DNA of 63,336 nucleotides, filler included, from Octopus bimaculoides (Eukaryota), in assembly GCF_001194135.2 (NCBI RefSeq). It is 8 parts of 6 records of this genome, joined end to end, with 100 filler letters (N's around TTAATTAATTAA, not from the genome) between each part and the next. Parts side by side here need not be neighbours in the genome. Positions count along the whole stretch, not along the records: positions 1 to 16,557 come from NC_068981.1; positions 16,658 to 19,585 come from NC_069000.1; positions 19,686 to 34,439 come from NC_068981.1; 5 more parts are not named here. One strand, given 5' to 3'. Below are positions 12,378 to 26,116 of the stretch, piece after piece. The position numbers and the translations under genes are program-made. The notes beneath the pieces were generated by a model. That model worked only from the letters and a program-made list of their open reading frames with translations, was not told where the DNA came from and made no database searches. Every line of letters starts with the position of its first letter. Within the stretch, counting starts at the first letter, position 1.

Positions 12378-12789
12378 ATTTACGCCTATGTGGTTCTTTG
12401 TATATGTATCAGGGTGTTTCTACTTCCATTTCTATCTATCTCGATAAATATGATGTAAAATATATTCATAAACAGAAACCAAAAATGATTCTCGACCTCA
12501 CACATGCAGAGAAAGAAAAAGGGAGCGAAATACACATGAATATATGATACATATATATAAGTTTTATTATCGTATACTCACAGAATTTGTGTTTTTATGA
12601 AATATATATTTTAGCCTTGCTGTGGTGACTTCAACTCGTGTTTAAAACATATACATATAGATTGGGAAGAAACATATAGGAGCTGTTATATTCAGTGTTT
12701 ATTATCCTTATATCAACGCTCTCTAACTTACGTTATGGCAACAAATATATTACAAAAAATAATTGTACAAATTTGCATAATATTGCAAG

Positions 12790-12897
12790 GAGCTCAAATT
12801 CCGCCGAGGTCGATTTTGCCTGTCATCCTTTCGGAGTCAATAAATTAGGTACCAGTTGCGTACTGGGGTTCTTGTGCTTAGAGTAGAAAAGAGTATT
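12790..12897 (+). mobile_element. SINE family A fragment (5'-truncated, internally deleted)
   Basis: GAGCTCAAATTCCGCCGAGGTCGATTTTGCC..TACCAGTTGCGTACTGGGG joins directly to CTTGTGCTTAGAGTAGAAAAG. Confidence 0.8.
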
Positions 12898-13176
12898 GCA
12901 ACGTCTCTTATCAGGAATAAAAGGTGTGTTGAAATTTGCACTATGCATCGCTAGAATATTTAGCTCATGCATAAAATACACAACGATAAGTTAATATTCT
13001 CTCTATGAACCGAAAGTGATAACAGTTGTCCTCTTCTGATAGATCACTGCTTTTTCTGCACCCTGGGAAAAAATCCTAGATTTTATCTAAGGCGTGAAAT
13101 TGCTTCCTGTGAGGCGAACATGTGCACTTCCTAAACCACAAACTGTATGATTACCTTTCCTTCTTGCAAGTATGTG

Positions 13177-13220
<44 letters not shown>

Positions 13221-15747
13221 CCCCTGTATATGGGCATATTTATGCATACATACATGCATACAAACATGCATACACATATATATTTACGTATATATAAGCA
13301 AATGAATAAGCGTAAATGGATTGAGCAACAATCTTTATTTCACATCATTACAACTGTTTCCACACATCGTCACGCACGTAGTAAATTGTTGAGATGATAT
13401 AATTAACATATTGCGCAATCACTACCATCCATCAAAGGTGTAATATGTGTCTCTCCAGGTGATTATTTTGAATAAGACCTTTGTTAGATCAGTCATTTAA
13501 CACTATATCATCCATCATTCACCTTTGTATAGTAGCTATCAGTTTTCACTACATTCGCTATATTTCAAGACACTTTAGATATATTTCACTCTTTCATGAG
13601 AATTTGTACCACGGCTCCTTCTTTTCGCATTCCCATAAATGCCATGGTATAATGTTAGCACCACCGTCGCATTGGATCTCATTTTAACATTCATTCTATT
13701 TCCTTACTTTTCAGATATCGTTACTTCTATAGAAATTATGAACACGTTTCCCGTGCAGCTGCGCTTCTAGCATAAAAGACTGAACACTTGGAATATTTAC
13801 ACACTGTAGGTCCGCTCAGTAGGAGACCTGACGTAAATGGCAGTTCATCAGTGTATAGGTTTCAGGAAATGACAAAAGACAGGTTACCACTACATTTTGT
13901 TGGCAGTATATACTCGCTGTTTCACCACTTTGGAAATGCCTAAATATCTCAAAAAATATTCCCGACACCCTGTATTTTGAGCAGGATCCATATTATCTTT
14001 CTTCAGTGTAAAGTTTTTGTTACGTTGATGATAACTATGAAAATGTGACTCGGTATTCGATAGCCTTTTTTTTTTTTTTGCTATTTAAAAGTGAATGTCA
14101 TTTGTGCTTCTGGACACAAAATCTTCATAGTCATTCAGGAAGAACACATTCGAGTCACCAAACGTAAATTTCCCCGAAATTAACTGAAATTATCTTCCAA
14201 AATCTCCATATCCTTCTGGCTCACGCTTTTGTATGTAACTGTTGTTTATTTCTTCATAATTTAATTGTTGTGAGAGACTACCGAATTAAACTTTTTAGAA
14301 GAATTCAAGTAAGTTTCTTCCAAGAATACGAACAGACAACCAAGAGAATACTGTTACTGACAAGAAATTGTCCTGCTTTCGTGAAATGGATGGCAGTTTC
14401 CAACTCCTTCATATTCAGTGCCTGGTCAGGAATTTAAACTTATGCTTTCCAAAACAGTTGTACAACTAGGCTTTCACGAAAAACTTTTCAACGCTGAATT
14501 TGCTGAATTTTTTTCTGCTAGCGCTTCATAATGTCATTTTCTCGGTGTTAAGTGTGAACCATACATATTCTTCTTTATTTCGTGTGCCATTACATTTCCG
14601 AAGTCTGTAGATTTCTTTCAGACGAGCTCAGCAGAACTTGATATCGTTACAATGTATTAAGGTCCATCAGTTTTAAACAATGGTATTTATTTTTTCTAGT
14701 GGGGCATTCACATCATTAAGTGTGTTAGTAAATACTGTATATTTCACCTGCTTTAAACGCTTTGTTATTACTTTCAAATAATAATTATTGAATTTTTACA
14801 CCATTGTCATGAAGTTAGTCGTCGTATTACTGATCGCAGGAAGAAACCAAAGAAGCTGCTGCTTTATTTCTCCAAAGCTCATACTTATCGCTGATAATGA
14901 TTACATCTCATCACAGCTTCCTGTGAGTGTTTTGGGAGAAGGGTCAGAACCACGAGTCCTAGTGGATCCTGTCAGAGGTAACCGTTCCAAATCAATCCAG
15001 CTGGATCCCTAAGCAAAACCTACAAGCTTATGGATGTTATCCGACCACCTTGCTCGTGGCTTACCCCTAGATCTCCTACTGGTTAATAAAACCTGTCTAG
15101 CGATTATGGTGACTTAATCGCATTTATTTCAGATATTACGGTTAAGGTGTTTTCTGCTTAGTTCTGAACATACTTAGATGTGCATTAAAACTAGGAAATG
15201 TGAGTAAGAAGATTGATCTTGCACACTCACAACCGGTTTGAAAAGAAGCCAGTGCAGGATTGGGCGGGGGTCACTAATATATATAAAGATCCAGTGCTAT
15301 AGTTTGGTTGAATCAGTGGTCCCAAAAGACAACGGGCAAATAGGTGCGTATTATCATTTACGTCAAGAGAAATCTATAAGTTTGTTCCTCAAAACTTTCG
15401 TGTGGTGCCAATACCCACTAAAAGTGGTCTCAAAGCATCGTTGCGGATGATACGCAGAGAGACACTGAGGATGAAACATTTCGTAATATTTCTTGGCTAT
15501 GAGGATGATAAAGGGTGACGAAGAAGTGCGATCGTTGTTTGTGCAACACGTTCTGATACAGCTCATCTCTTTGACTGAAATGTGGACTGCGGTGAATCGT
15601 AGAACCACGTTGGACATTTGACATCTGAATATTGCTAAGCGCTAAGAGTATTCAACCTGCTGAATATTGTAATCAGCTGAAAGTGAGAAATTTGCTTAAC
15701 AATACCATAAAAGTAACTTTGGCATAGATAAATTTAATAATAAAAAT

Positions 15748-16003
15748 AATAAATGCGCCCTTTTAAAGCCTAGGCAGGCTCATGGGCCCGGTTTCCTGGT
15801 TTCAATGGCGTATGTGTTCCCCAGCTGGACGGGACGCCAGTCCATCGCAGCGTTACTCATTTTTGCCAGCTGAGTGGACTGGAGCAACGTGAAATGAAGT
15901 GTTTTGCTCAAGAACACAACGCGTCGCCCGGACCAGGAATCGAAATCACAATCTTACGATCATGATGCTGACACCCTAACCACTAAGCCACGCGCCTCCG
16001 CCC
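15748..16003 (-). mobile_element. tRNA-headed SINE, family D (V-domain-like motif)
   Basis: The head is GGAGGCGCGTGGCTTAGTGGTTAGGGTG..GATTTCGATTCC, and the body has GCTGCGATGGACTGGCGTCCCGTCCAG, resembling the V-SINE conserved motif. Its 3' part is repeated at ~53800-53870 on plus. Confidence 0.8.
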
Positions 16004-16557
16004 ATAAATAAATTTACTCTCTTCTAAATGATAGTTGTGACTATGGTTATCATCAGATCTATGTTAGACATTGTCGGATCAGGACAACACGTATAGCAAT
16101 ACATAACTTTGCTACAACCGTAAATAATGGTGCCTATCCGGTTACGAAACCATTCGTTAGCCTTGTATATAAGTACAGTGCTATGGAGAAGAAAAAGAAG
16201 TATGTCTTTAGCAGACGAAAATTATCCAGTAGATATATTGCGATTGCTAAATCCTGATTTTGCGGCATTTTACATCCTCGGTAGTCAGACTAAATAGGAG
16301 GTTAATAGTGGTAGTAGCAATGGTGGTGATGTTAGTGGTGGGGAGAGTATATCCGACTTATTGTTTAAACTCAAAAAAAAAAACCAACAAATGTAAATAT
16401 ATTTGAAAATAGCTGAACATGTGGACGAAGTCGAGCTCAAGTTGAATAGTCCATCCCCGTAGAGTAACCTATTTTTCTTTGTAGTGTGATAGCTTGGTAT
16501 AAAGACAAATTATATCATGCACACACACACGCAACCATATACACATGCATATATATA

Positions 16558-16657
16558 NNNNNNNNNNNNNNNNNNNNNNNNNNNNNNNNNNNNNNNNNNN
16601 NTTAATTAATTAANNNNNNNNNNNNNNNNNNNNNNNNNNNNNNNNNNNNNNNNNNNN
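16558..16657. other. Assembly spacer: 44 N + TTAATTAATTAA + 44 N (first of seven)
   Basis: The same 100-bp structure occurs at 16558, 19586, 34440, 45292, 54780, 56704 and 60838. The 12-mer puts stops in all six frames. Confidence 0.95.
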
Positions 16658-17875
16658 TTTGTTTATGTAGTCGGCACTTAATGTATATCGGCTGAATGGA
16701 CGTCAGTGATTGGTTGAAATTACAGAAATACGACAACTTTAACATGGAATAACTTAGGGATTTCTTTTTTTTTTTTTAAGAAGACTAAGAGAAAAAGATG
16801 TTTTATATGACACATTCTACCAGTGTTCCAAGTTTCAAAGTGTTTCATTAAGAAAATACTGTGGCCCCCGTTTTAAAATAGATCCGAAAAAAGGATTTTA
16901 TCCCTTATATGTATACTGTTCAGTATCTATGCATTGAATAAAATCTATCTTTCTACTTGTACTACCATACATTTCAGCGCTTCGAAAAACAAACTTGTTT
17001 GTTTACATACAGCGTAACTAAAAAGAAAGTTTAATGTATGACTTTGTATGCATAAGAGAAAGTAGGAGTTGAAAGGATTTATAAAGGTCGTAGAAAGAGG
17101 AAATTTAGGTTTTATTAGGGGTGGGGGGATGTTATTTTGCGCTGTTTAATGGATTTTATTGGTAAGTGTGATTGATTTTGACGGAAAAAATGACGCAGTT
17201 ACCTAGGTTATGGTATTTAGAATATTAATTCCGATTGTTTCATTCAAGAAATTTGGAATTGTGTAAATGTATGAATTGGATACACACACATACACACACA
17301 CTCACAAACTCAGCTATATATATATAGATATATACACATGCGCGCACGCACAGTTATGTTGATATAAACTCACAGGCCTTCAACTAGTTTGAGAAGTATC
17401 AACGCACAAAACTCTTGGACCTTGAGTCACTCTGTTACTTCTACTAAATATTAAAATTTAAAAATGTACATGTATATGTATAAGAGCATTGTAGTCTGCT
17501 TGAAACATTGTAATATTGAAGAAAGGAAGGGAAGATAGGAAAGCTTCTGACAATGTGGAAAGTTTAACAAAACCTTTATATTTCAGGTGCAATGTCCCGT
17601 CCTCAGAAGAAAACAGTCTGGGAAATGTCTCATTATACAGGTTCCGTTAACCCATTAAAATCCCTCACTGTTATGTTAGCAGCCACCCCTCAAATGTTGG
17701 TGTAATTGACTTCTCAACTGCTGACACCCACACACTCACACATAAGTAAGTACAGCAGTGCTAAAGAAGGTAAAAAAAATAGTTCTGGAATACTAAAGGT
17801 AGAGTAAAATATTATTTCATTGAAGCTGAAAAACTTCACAAATTGTGAAATATATCTTTCTTTTATCTTTTACCT

Positions 17876-19585
17876 GTTTCAGGTCACGTTCGGCGGCTTG
17901 ACCCAAACTTCCTCCCCTACTTTCATGCCAGCGGGTCCCTTCTCTTCCTCGCAGAACTCCAGCATCTGACTGGGATGCCACCATTCATACTTGAACACTG
18001 CTCTGTACGGCACAGACTCTTCCGCTTGTCCGGATTGGGGAGACATGTTATACCAGTAGACCGCTTCCAGGGGTGAAATGTGCCCCCTTTCAGCCATGGC
18101 CTTGATCGTCCGATGGTGCCTCTCAACGATTCCGTTGCCGCTCGGCCTATACGCCGCTCTAAATAATCGTCGCACCTTCCACCGGTCAAGCATCTCCTCC
18201 AACGCTTCCGAACGAAACGCTGCCCCGTTGTCCATTAGCAGTTCTTCCACGGGACCTCTCTCCAAGAATATCCCGTTCAAAATGTGGGCAATCTCCTCAG
18301 CATTGCCTGTCCTCAGCTCCCTCCAAATGGCCAGCCGGCCCGGCCCGCAGTCGACCATGCTGAGATACATTCCCTGATGGTAGTGCGTCACATCCACAGC
18401 TAGTCTCCTCCAGTTGCGCTCTACTGAGAGGTTCCCTTGCTCATGCCTACCTGAGGCAGGGTCAATGGATTGGCATCTGTCACATTTCACGACCACTTTC
18501 TTGATGTTTCTCCTGGTGACGTCAGCATCAATCATTTTCGCTAGATACAGGGTCCTATCCACCCCCAAGTGGTGCATTGCATGTAACTCCTTCAGTTCGG
18601 AGTCACCCAGCCGACACGCTGCCGCTATCCCTTTCCTTGCTTCCTCCGTTCCTCCAGCCACGCCCTTTTCACCCTGGTCAGTGCGTCCGCCCTGTTTCTT
18701 TCTGAAGGCACGAAAACCACATTCAGCTTCAGTCCGAACTCAGCGATCAGCTCTCCTAGAACTAGGTGGCGTTTCACCAACATCTCCGCGGCACCTTTCG
18801 TCCGGACTCTCTTCCCACTGGTAATCACTGTTCCTACCCAGCCAACCACGGTGGCCGAATCCGTCCAGATCTCGATCGAGCGCAGCCCCCATATCAGGGC
18901 CAAGTTCACCCCTTTCAGCACCGCGTCTAGTTCGGCGACATTGATGTGGTTGAAGTCGTCCACTTTCTGTAGCCAGGCCGCATCCTCCACCTCAGCACCT
19001 TCGATCTCCAACACAACCCCTATCGCTATACTGCTAGCATCACACCAAACCGTCCCGCACTCCGTCTTGGGCACATACCAGTTTCCCCTGACCGGGTCTT
19101 CCGCTTTCGTCCTCTCTGGGATTTCCCGCATCATCGCCACCGTCGCCTCTGGTGGCCTTCCTTATCCTCTCCTCTTTCCCGAGGATGGACTTGAGCACCA
19201 TTACAATGATTTTCGGAGCGGATTTCAGCCCGAAACCCAGCCTGGTTAAACAGTACCTCTGGCCCTTGTACCGCACCAGCTGGTATCGCTACAGCTTGTC
19301 ACTCACACGGAGCTGCAAATATGCCGACTTCAAGTCGACGATCGTCGCTGCCTTCGTCGACTGTCTCCACACACGTAACGTCTCACAGCAAACGTCTGTT
19401 GCCTCGCCTCCCGTGTGGCACGATATGTGTTCGTTCAGCTCCCTAAAGTCCAGCACCAGTCTAACATTTTCTTTCGTCGGCTGCACCACCGCCATCAGAG
19501 GCAGCACTCCACTCACCACCTCCTCTTTCCACGGGATCCATCTCTCTACCTCCTCGTCGAACTCGACACCGGCGTGACCTTTCAA
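17876..19585 (-). mobile_element. Ty3/Gypsy-type LTR retrotransposon pol fragment (RT-RNase H-integrase), defective
   Basis: RT motifs: VRLVLDFRELN, IVDLKSAYLQ, LTRLGFGLKSAP. RNase H: WCDASS, NVAELDAV, WTDSAT, NRADAL. Integrase: HAMHHLG..CDRC zinc finger and LAVDVT, LMDNG, GIVERHH (DDE). The RT-RH-IN order is Gypsy-type. There is a stop at ~19289, a deletion at ~19150 and a frameshift at ~18650. No LTR is seen, and the right end runs into a gap. Confidence 0.92.
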
Positions 19586-19973
19586 NNNNNNNNNNNNNNN
19601 NNNNNNNNNNNNNNNNNNNNNNNNNNNNNTTAATTAATTAANNNNNNNNNNNNNNNNNNNNNNNNNNNNNNNNNNNNNNNNNNNNCCACTAACGTGGACA
19701 ATTAATGCTCTAGAAATAGATCACATCTTGTGTCTATTAATACCTAAATTGTTCTCAACATCAAATATAGCAGCGTACCAACACGTGAGCGAGCAAGACA
19801 TTTAAAATCACCTAAAAAAGCATTCTTAAACAGGGACCGGATGCATTTTTAAAATGTACCTTAATCCCCTGAGATTGCAGATAATATTTCTGAATCTCTT
19901 TGATTCTTTAGATGTGCTGGCCTCCTGATAATTAATCGATATTAATTAATATATGAATAATTACCAGATTTTA

Positions 19974-20012
<39 letters not shown>

Positions 20013-20697
20013 GTGTGTACGTGTGAGTACGTATAAACATACATATCAATATGCATACCAACACGGGCTGGGATAATCACAAATCTACTCTATTGATTTG
20101 AAAATATACATCCGTATTGTCCAATGCGTAGGATACATACTGATGCAGACACAAAATAATTCCCCATACACTAAAAATATCATTTCACGTTGAAGCCTAT
20201 GAAACTACCGTACTCTTAAAAAAATGATACGTGGTGAAATGAATATATTCACCTCTCATACCTCCTGACATTTTCTGATTATTATTCTCCTCAGCGATAG
20301 AATGTTCTGGATTTTGGTTGCATAGAACTCTGCATGTTTACTATGTGGTTTGGTATCCGGATCTGCAGGTGGAGATTTTCGTGATATCCATATCATACCA
20401 TGAATCTATATATTACTCTACAAATTTTTATATATATATATATATATATATNNNNNNNNNNNNNNNNNNNNNNNNNNNNNNNNNNNNNNNNNNNNNNNNN
20501 NNNNNNNNNNNNNNNNNNNNNNNNNNNNNNNNNNNNNNNNNNNNNNNNNNNNNNNNNNNNNNNNNNNNNNNNNNNNNNNNNNNNNNNNNNNNNNNNNNNN
20601 NNNNNNNNNNNNNNNNNNNNNNNNNNNNNNNNNNNNNNNNNNNNNNNNNNNNNNNNNNNNNNNNNNNNNNNNNNNNNNNNNNNNNNNNNNNNNNNNN

Positions 20698-20734
<37 letters not shown>

Positions 20735-23700
20735 CGTGTGTGTGTGTGTGTGTGTGTGCGTGCGTGCGTGTGTACGTTACACACACACATAGTTACTTTA
20801 GGTAGATTAATGAATTGAAATTTTGTCATGTGTTTACATGAGTAAACTTGATCATCCCTCGTACTAACTAGGCTTCCATTCATTCTCATTATATTATAGC
20901 TTTCTTCTACGCATAATCTGCAAGTAAAATATGTGTGTATTATGCATGTATATGCTGCAGATGCTACCTAAAGTGTAATCGTTAAAGATTCGACATCAGA
21001 CTACCCATATATATAGAAATATGAATAAAAGAACCTTTTGTGTTCGAAGTTAATATTTGTCTATTATTTAAAATGTTAGAGATTCGATTTTTTGAATACA
21101 TATGTTATGCAATAAGTATAGGATATGCACGCTCCACATGTTTATATATTATTGTAATATATTTGTCATAGTGAAAAAAAATATCACTATAATATATCCA
21201 GAGGCTAACCTATTATACAATATTATTTTTTAAACAATTTCTTCCTAAAGCTAATGAAGGTAATTGATGTTCTCATAAACCAATTATCTCCTTCTATGAT
21301 TCCCACCAATGCTTCTCTCTCTTTCATTTTGCACGTCTTTCTATCTTTTCATCAGCTAACATTCTTATACATATTTCAAAATATCTTTACCTTTCTATAT
21401 TACTCTTTCTCTTTCTTCCCCTCTCTCTGTTTTCGTCACGTATCAAAATATTATATCGTATAATAATCGCAACGAACGTGAGCATCATTAACGTAGAAGA
21501 AAAACAAAATTTTCTAGGCTATTTAAGGTGGTCGACAAATCTTAATTATATATTTCTTGTGAAGACAATTATAATTATTAATGTTATTGTTCCCAGGTGA
21601 ATTTATTTTTGTTTCTTCTCACGCTGTTGGTGATAGTTGTTGTTGCTGCTTTTCGCTCTGCTATTCTTTGCTTTATGATCATTCTAGTAATATGGATAAT
21701 TATAATCATTTAAAATGGTTACAGTAAAGAGCGTGATTGTTTTATTAATTTTTCGGATTTTGAAATTGTTAATAAATAAATAAATAAATAAATAATAATG
21801 CTGCTGAGGATGATGATATAAAGATGATGCTAACAATAATAAGGATAACTGTTTTTACCAGCCGACAAGGGATCGTACATACACTAACCAATGAAACCAT
21901 GAGGTTAGAATACAAATGCGGTCGACCTAGTTATGTAGTAATGATTGGAATTACTGAAAATAATACTTGGATGCGTATGATGTTTCAAGGAAGAAGAAAC
22001 TGTGTTACTCAACGCAACTGGTTTGCTGCTTAAGTTTGCGTGACTTTATACATGAATATATTTTCTGTTGCATTAGTGGTACAGATACGTTGCCTATTTA
22101 AAAAGGATTTCTAATTTTTTTTTTCACGAAATGTCATTCTCTATTCTTTCAATGCTAAATTCATTCGCATGCATTTTGTTTTTCCAGGGGTGTATCACAA
22201 ATATTTCTTTACATGTCTGGGTGCATTTGAACATTTAATAATATGAATTTTATTTCTGATATTGTACTGTGATGTGTTTTGCTCACCGTTGTTCTAAACG
22301 CTAAATAAAAAGTAATGTCTAGAATTCCGATTTCAACTTTATTCCGATATACATCATTGCATATCTCCTGTGATATTAATAGTAGAAGAAAGAAATAAAA
22401 GTGTCAGCAAGCCAAAGTTTCGGATATTGAGAAAATATCCTCCGCAAGTACCACGGCAACGAAAAAATACTTATAATAACTACATCACTACTTCAAATAC
22501 ACTCTATTTTTAATTCATGTGTTTATACTAACAATTTGATAGGCCAATGACACATACGTAGGTAATAAAAAAGACAACTAAGTTTCAAGCTTATTCGAAT
22601 CTCGGAAGTCGCCTTTATTTGATTAAAGTTAATTGTCAGTCTAGTTTCCAAACTATATATTATAGTAAGGCTATATTAAAGATAACAATGTTTCGTAAAG
22701 GAACTATTTCTCAAATAAAACGAAATTCTTTGAGTGGTTTTGAAATACACAACTGAAGTGCTTCCGTCATTTGACAGCAGCTATCGAATCGTAAAGAACT
22801 GCCTAAAGCATTTTTGAAATCATAGCCACATTTGAAATTACTTGAGATAGTATGTGATCAATTCAGATTATATATGTTTACCTGTATCTCCAATATATAA
22901 ACGATGATATAATTCAGAATCTTGTCTTATATGAGATAAAGAATAATCTCTGTATCAAGTTACATGCTTGACAGTTGAGTGGCAAGTTTTAATTCAAATA
23001 AATCTAATTTTAAACCTGTTCAGGAATCTTGGAAAGTTAGTATTGCTATCAGATCGTACCTAAAGGGAGAGCGAAGCTTCTGCAGCAACAAACTACGAGG
23101 AATAGAAAAAAGTTCTCTGGATCTCTATATCTCTTTTGTCATTCGCCACGCAATAAACTATTGGTTGTTCTTGCTGAATTATTGTAATATTTGTGCGAAA
23201 ATATAAGAACTTTTCCAACTATTCAGATCTACAAAATCCAATGCATCCCTATCAGTTGTGATGTCTGAGTCAGAGGAGTAGATTTTAAGTTAATTGATAA
23301 TGCCAAATGGCATAAGTCGGCATACGCCCTTTAGCCAAATTGAAGTAGCTGTCAAGTACACTACACATGTCATGCATTTAAGAAATTGAAAACTACTTAG
23401 TGTAATACAGATTCCCAAAATATTAAGCCTGAATGTGAGACATGCAGTCTGATAATATTTCAAATCGATCAGGAGATGATCTCGGCATGACATAACACGG
23501 ACGATGTAAGTTAGGGTTTCATTATATGCTAGAAAGTGCTCGCAGATTCAATAAGTGCTGCAAAATGTGCGAAAATATGCACCATAATTGCTCCGAGTAA
23601 TTTCATTTCAACCACTGAGAATAATTTGTAGCATTTGTACAAATATCTTATAGCCAGCATAATCTCAATACTCTTGTACTCATGCTTGGCACATAAACGT

Positions 23701-23989
23701 CCGTCCCGTTGTCTGTCTCTTACCTAATTTACTAGAAAAGTACATTGTTTATAGAGAAGAATTTGTATCCAGGTTCTATAGCGATTGTAAATCTAGATTC
23801 AGTTCAATATTTTGCATCTGATTGCATGTTTTTTTTTTAAATAACCATGGCAAGAAAATCCAAGCATTTCTCTTTGTTTAATAGCAAAATGAATAACGCA
23901 TGCACTTATGAGTTGGTAATTGATTCGGAATTCTTTATGGAATAGCTTTGTCTATAATTATTATTTACTCGAACCTAGACAAGGCAACT

Positions 23990-24375
23990 CACGCCAACCT
24001 GTTCAACAGCACGGTTTGGCCTGCAATGTTATACGCATATGAGACTTGATCCTTGACAAAGAGACAAGAACATCTGCTTACGGTGCGGAAAGCCATGGAA
24101 AGGTTGATATTGGGAATCTCGCTAAGTGATCACATCCGGAATGGGGAAATCAAGATAAGAACTGAAGAGAAGGAATACTACAACACAAGGTTCGCAGACA
24201 ATAAATGGACCCATGCAGTTGTAGAGTGGTACTTGTGCAAACGGAAGAGACCACTTAGGAAGTCCTTCACTCAGGTGATAAGGTGATTTGTGAAAGATGT
24301 TTGGAACAACGTAGATGAGCATAGAAAGAGGACGTAGGGAATGGAGAAAATATGGCCAGCGGATCCGACTTGTCA
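23990..24375 (+). mobile_element. RTE-clade LINE 3' fragment, degenerate
   Basis: Translates TVWPAMLYAYET*SLTKRQEHLL..KAMERLILGISLSDHIRNGEIK..DNKWTHAVVEWY..KRP, which fits the post-RT C-terminal region of RTE LINEs. Confidence 0.8.
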
Positions 24376-24529
24376 CCAGACAGCCTGGCAGATCCAGGTG
24401 ACTATTTACAACACAATCATAGATTGTAATAGATCTAGAAATTTACGGATGTTTACATATTGATGGCCAACCAGTTACGTTTGAAATTGCATAGATATAA
24501 TTATCCCCAAACCGACTATAGAGCCTGCC

Positions 24530-25575
24530 CTTCACTCTCGGCATCCAGAGCATTTACACGGTCATCCCTCACCACGAGGGGCTGCATGAACTCCAACAAT
24601 TACTTGACCTTCGATCCAACCCCCAACCTGAGACATCCACACTCGTTCGTCTGGCGGAACTTCTCTCACACAACTGCTTCTCGTTCGCTGGTGATTTTTA
24701 CCAGCATGTTTTCTGTGGTGGTCATGGGAACGAGAATGGGCCCCAACTATGCAAAACTGTTCGTTGGCTACGTTGAGGCCAAAATATTCTCAAGTTTCAC
24801 TGGTCCCATTCCCGAACTATACAGTCGTTATATTGATGACTGTATCGTTGCCACCTCACTCTCGCGTGAATATCTAGAATCCTTACTCTGTTTTGTGAAA
24901 TCTTCCCATCCTGCCCTCCACTTTTCCTGCACTATCTCTGACACTTCTGTCTCATTTCTTGATATCTCGGTCAGCATTCATCACTCCAATATCACCACAT
25001 CCATCTACTAGAAACACACAGACTCACACTCATACGTCTATTTCTCCTTTTCCCACCCAAAACACACCATGTTTTCCATTCCCTATTCGCAATTGCTCTG
25101 TCTACGCAGGCTTTGCAGTGACGACCATGACTTTGAGACTCAGTCTCAACTCATGCCTCACCATTTTATCCTACATGGATATCCCCTCACGACTATCCAC
25201 ACCGTCCTTGTCAGAGCACGTTCTGTGGACCATAAATCTGCTTTCTCCCCACACACTAACCGCGCCGTCTCCCGTCTCCCGTTTCCCCTTACCTACCACT
25301 CCACCACTCTACCTCTCCAATGCATCATACCCCGAGCTTTCTGGCGACTCCAGTCCGACGCCTTCACATCGCACATCTTCCCTGACTCCTTCAAATGAGC
25401 CCACAATCTACGAGACCTCTTGGTCCACAATTTCTTCTCTAACTCACTCACCCTCCCAACCCGGCTCGTTCCCATACTCCCACCCACAATGCTTTACTTG
25501 CCCTTACCTCTCCAACACCACCCTCCTCACCGGCACCCACCTTCGACCCTATCAAATCACAGATTCCTTTGCCAA
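24530..25575 (+). mobile_element. Penelope-like element: RT, thumb and CxxC linker, frameshifted
   Basis: Across frames: IQSIYTVIPHHEGL..LAELLSHNCFSF..FYQH / MGTRMGPNYAKLFVG..RYIDDC..FLDISV..TTSIY*KHTDSHSY..SHPKH..SIPYSQLLCLRRLCS..GYP..CFTCPY..YQITDSF. This is the PLE RT signature. It ends before the GIY-YIG domain. Confidence 0.9.
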
Positions 25576-25894
25576 AGTTAGTTACAGCTGAGTAGGTGTA
25601 TTACATTGACTTACCACCTACCCTGAAATGTTTGGACTTGTCCCAACACTTGATACCAATACTATTATTATTACTGGCGCAATATTTAGCACACCGAGCA
25701 AAAAGCTCAGCGACAGTTTATCTTTTTTCATGTTCGGAGTTGACTTTGCATTTAATTTCAATAAGATAAGAGACAGTTGAGCATTGGGGTCGATGAAAGC
25801 GAGTTATTTACTCCCCCAGAATTGCTGGCCTAGTGCGAAAATTTGAAACCGATATTATTACTGTTGTTGTTGTTCTGCTGTTATTGTTGAGTCT

Positions 25895-26116
25895 AAGGCG
25901 GCGAGATGACAAAAACGTTAGCACGCCGGGCGAAATGCTTATTGGTATTTCGTCTGTCTTTACGTTCTAAGTTCAAATTCCGCCGAGGTCGACTTGCCTT
26001 TCATCGTTTAGGATTTGATAAATTAAGTACCAGTTGCGTACTGGGATCGATCTAAGCGACTGGACCCCTCCCCCAGAATTTCGAGCCTTGTGCTAAGAGT
26101 AGAAAAGATTATTATT
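25895..26116 (+). mobile_element. SINE family A, full length, tail type 1
   Basis: AAGGCGGCGAG..GTTAGCACGCCGGGCGAAATGCTT..AGTTCAAATTCCGCCGAGGTCGAC..GCCTTGTGCTAAGAGTAGAAAAGATTATTATT. Confidence 0.9.

Noticed and set aside
14250-14700. Possible LINE ORF2 remnant on minus (LNMKELETAIHFTKAG); a similar weak case at 26400-26900 on plus
   Set aside because: Each rests on a single weak motif with many stops, and neither can be supported by eye.
20230-20410. Open minus-strand frame (IHGMIWISRKSPPADPDTKPH..KCQE) ending at a GAG|GTATGA donor
   Set aside because: The acceptor side has no polypyrimidine tract, and the peptide is unrecognised.
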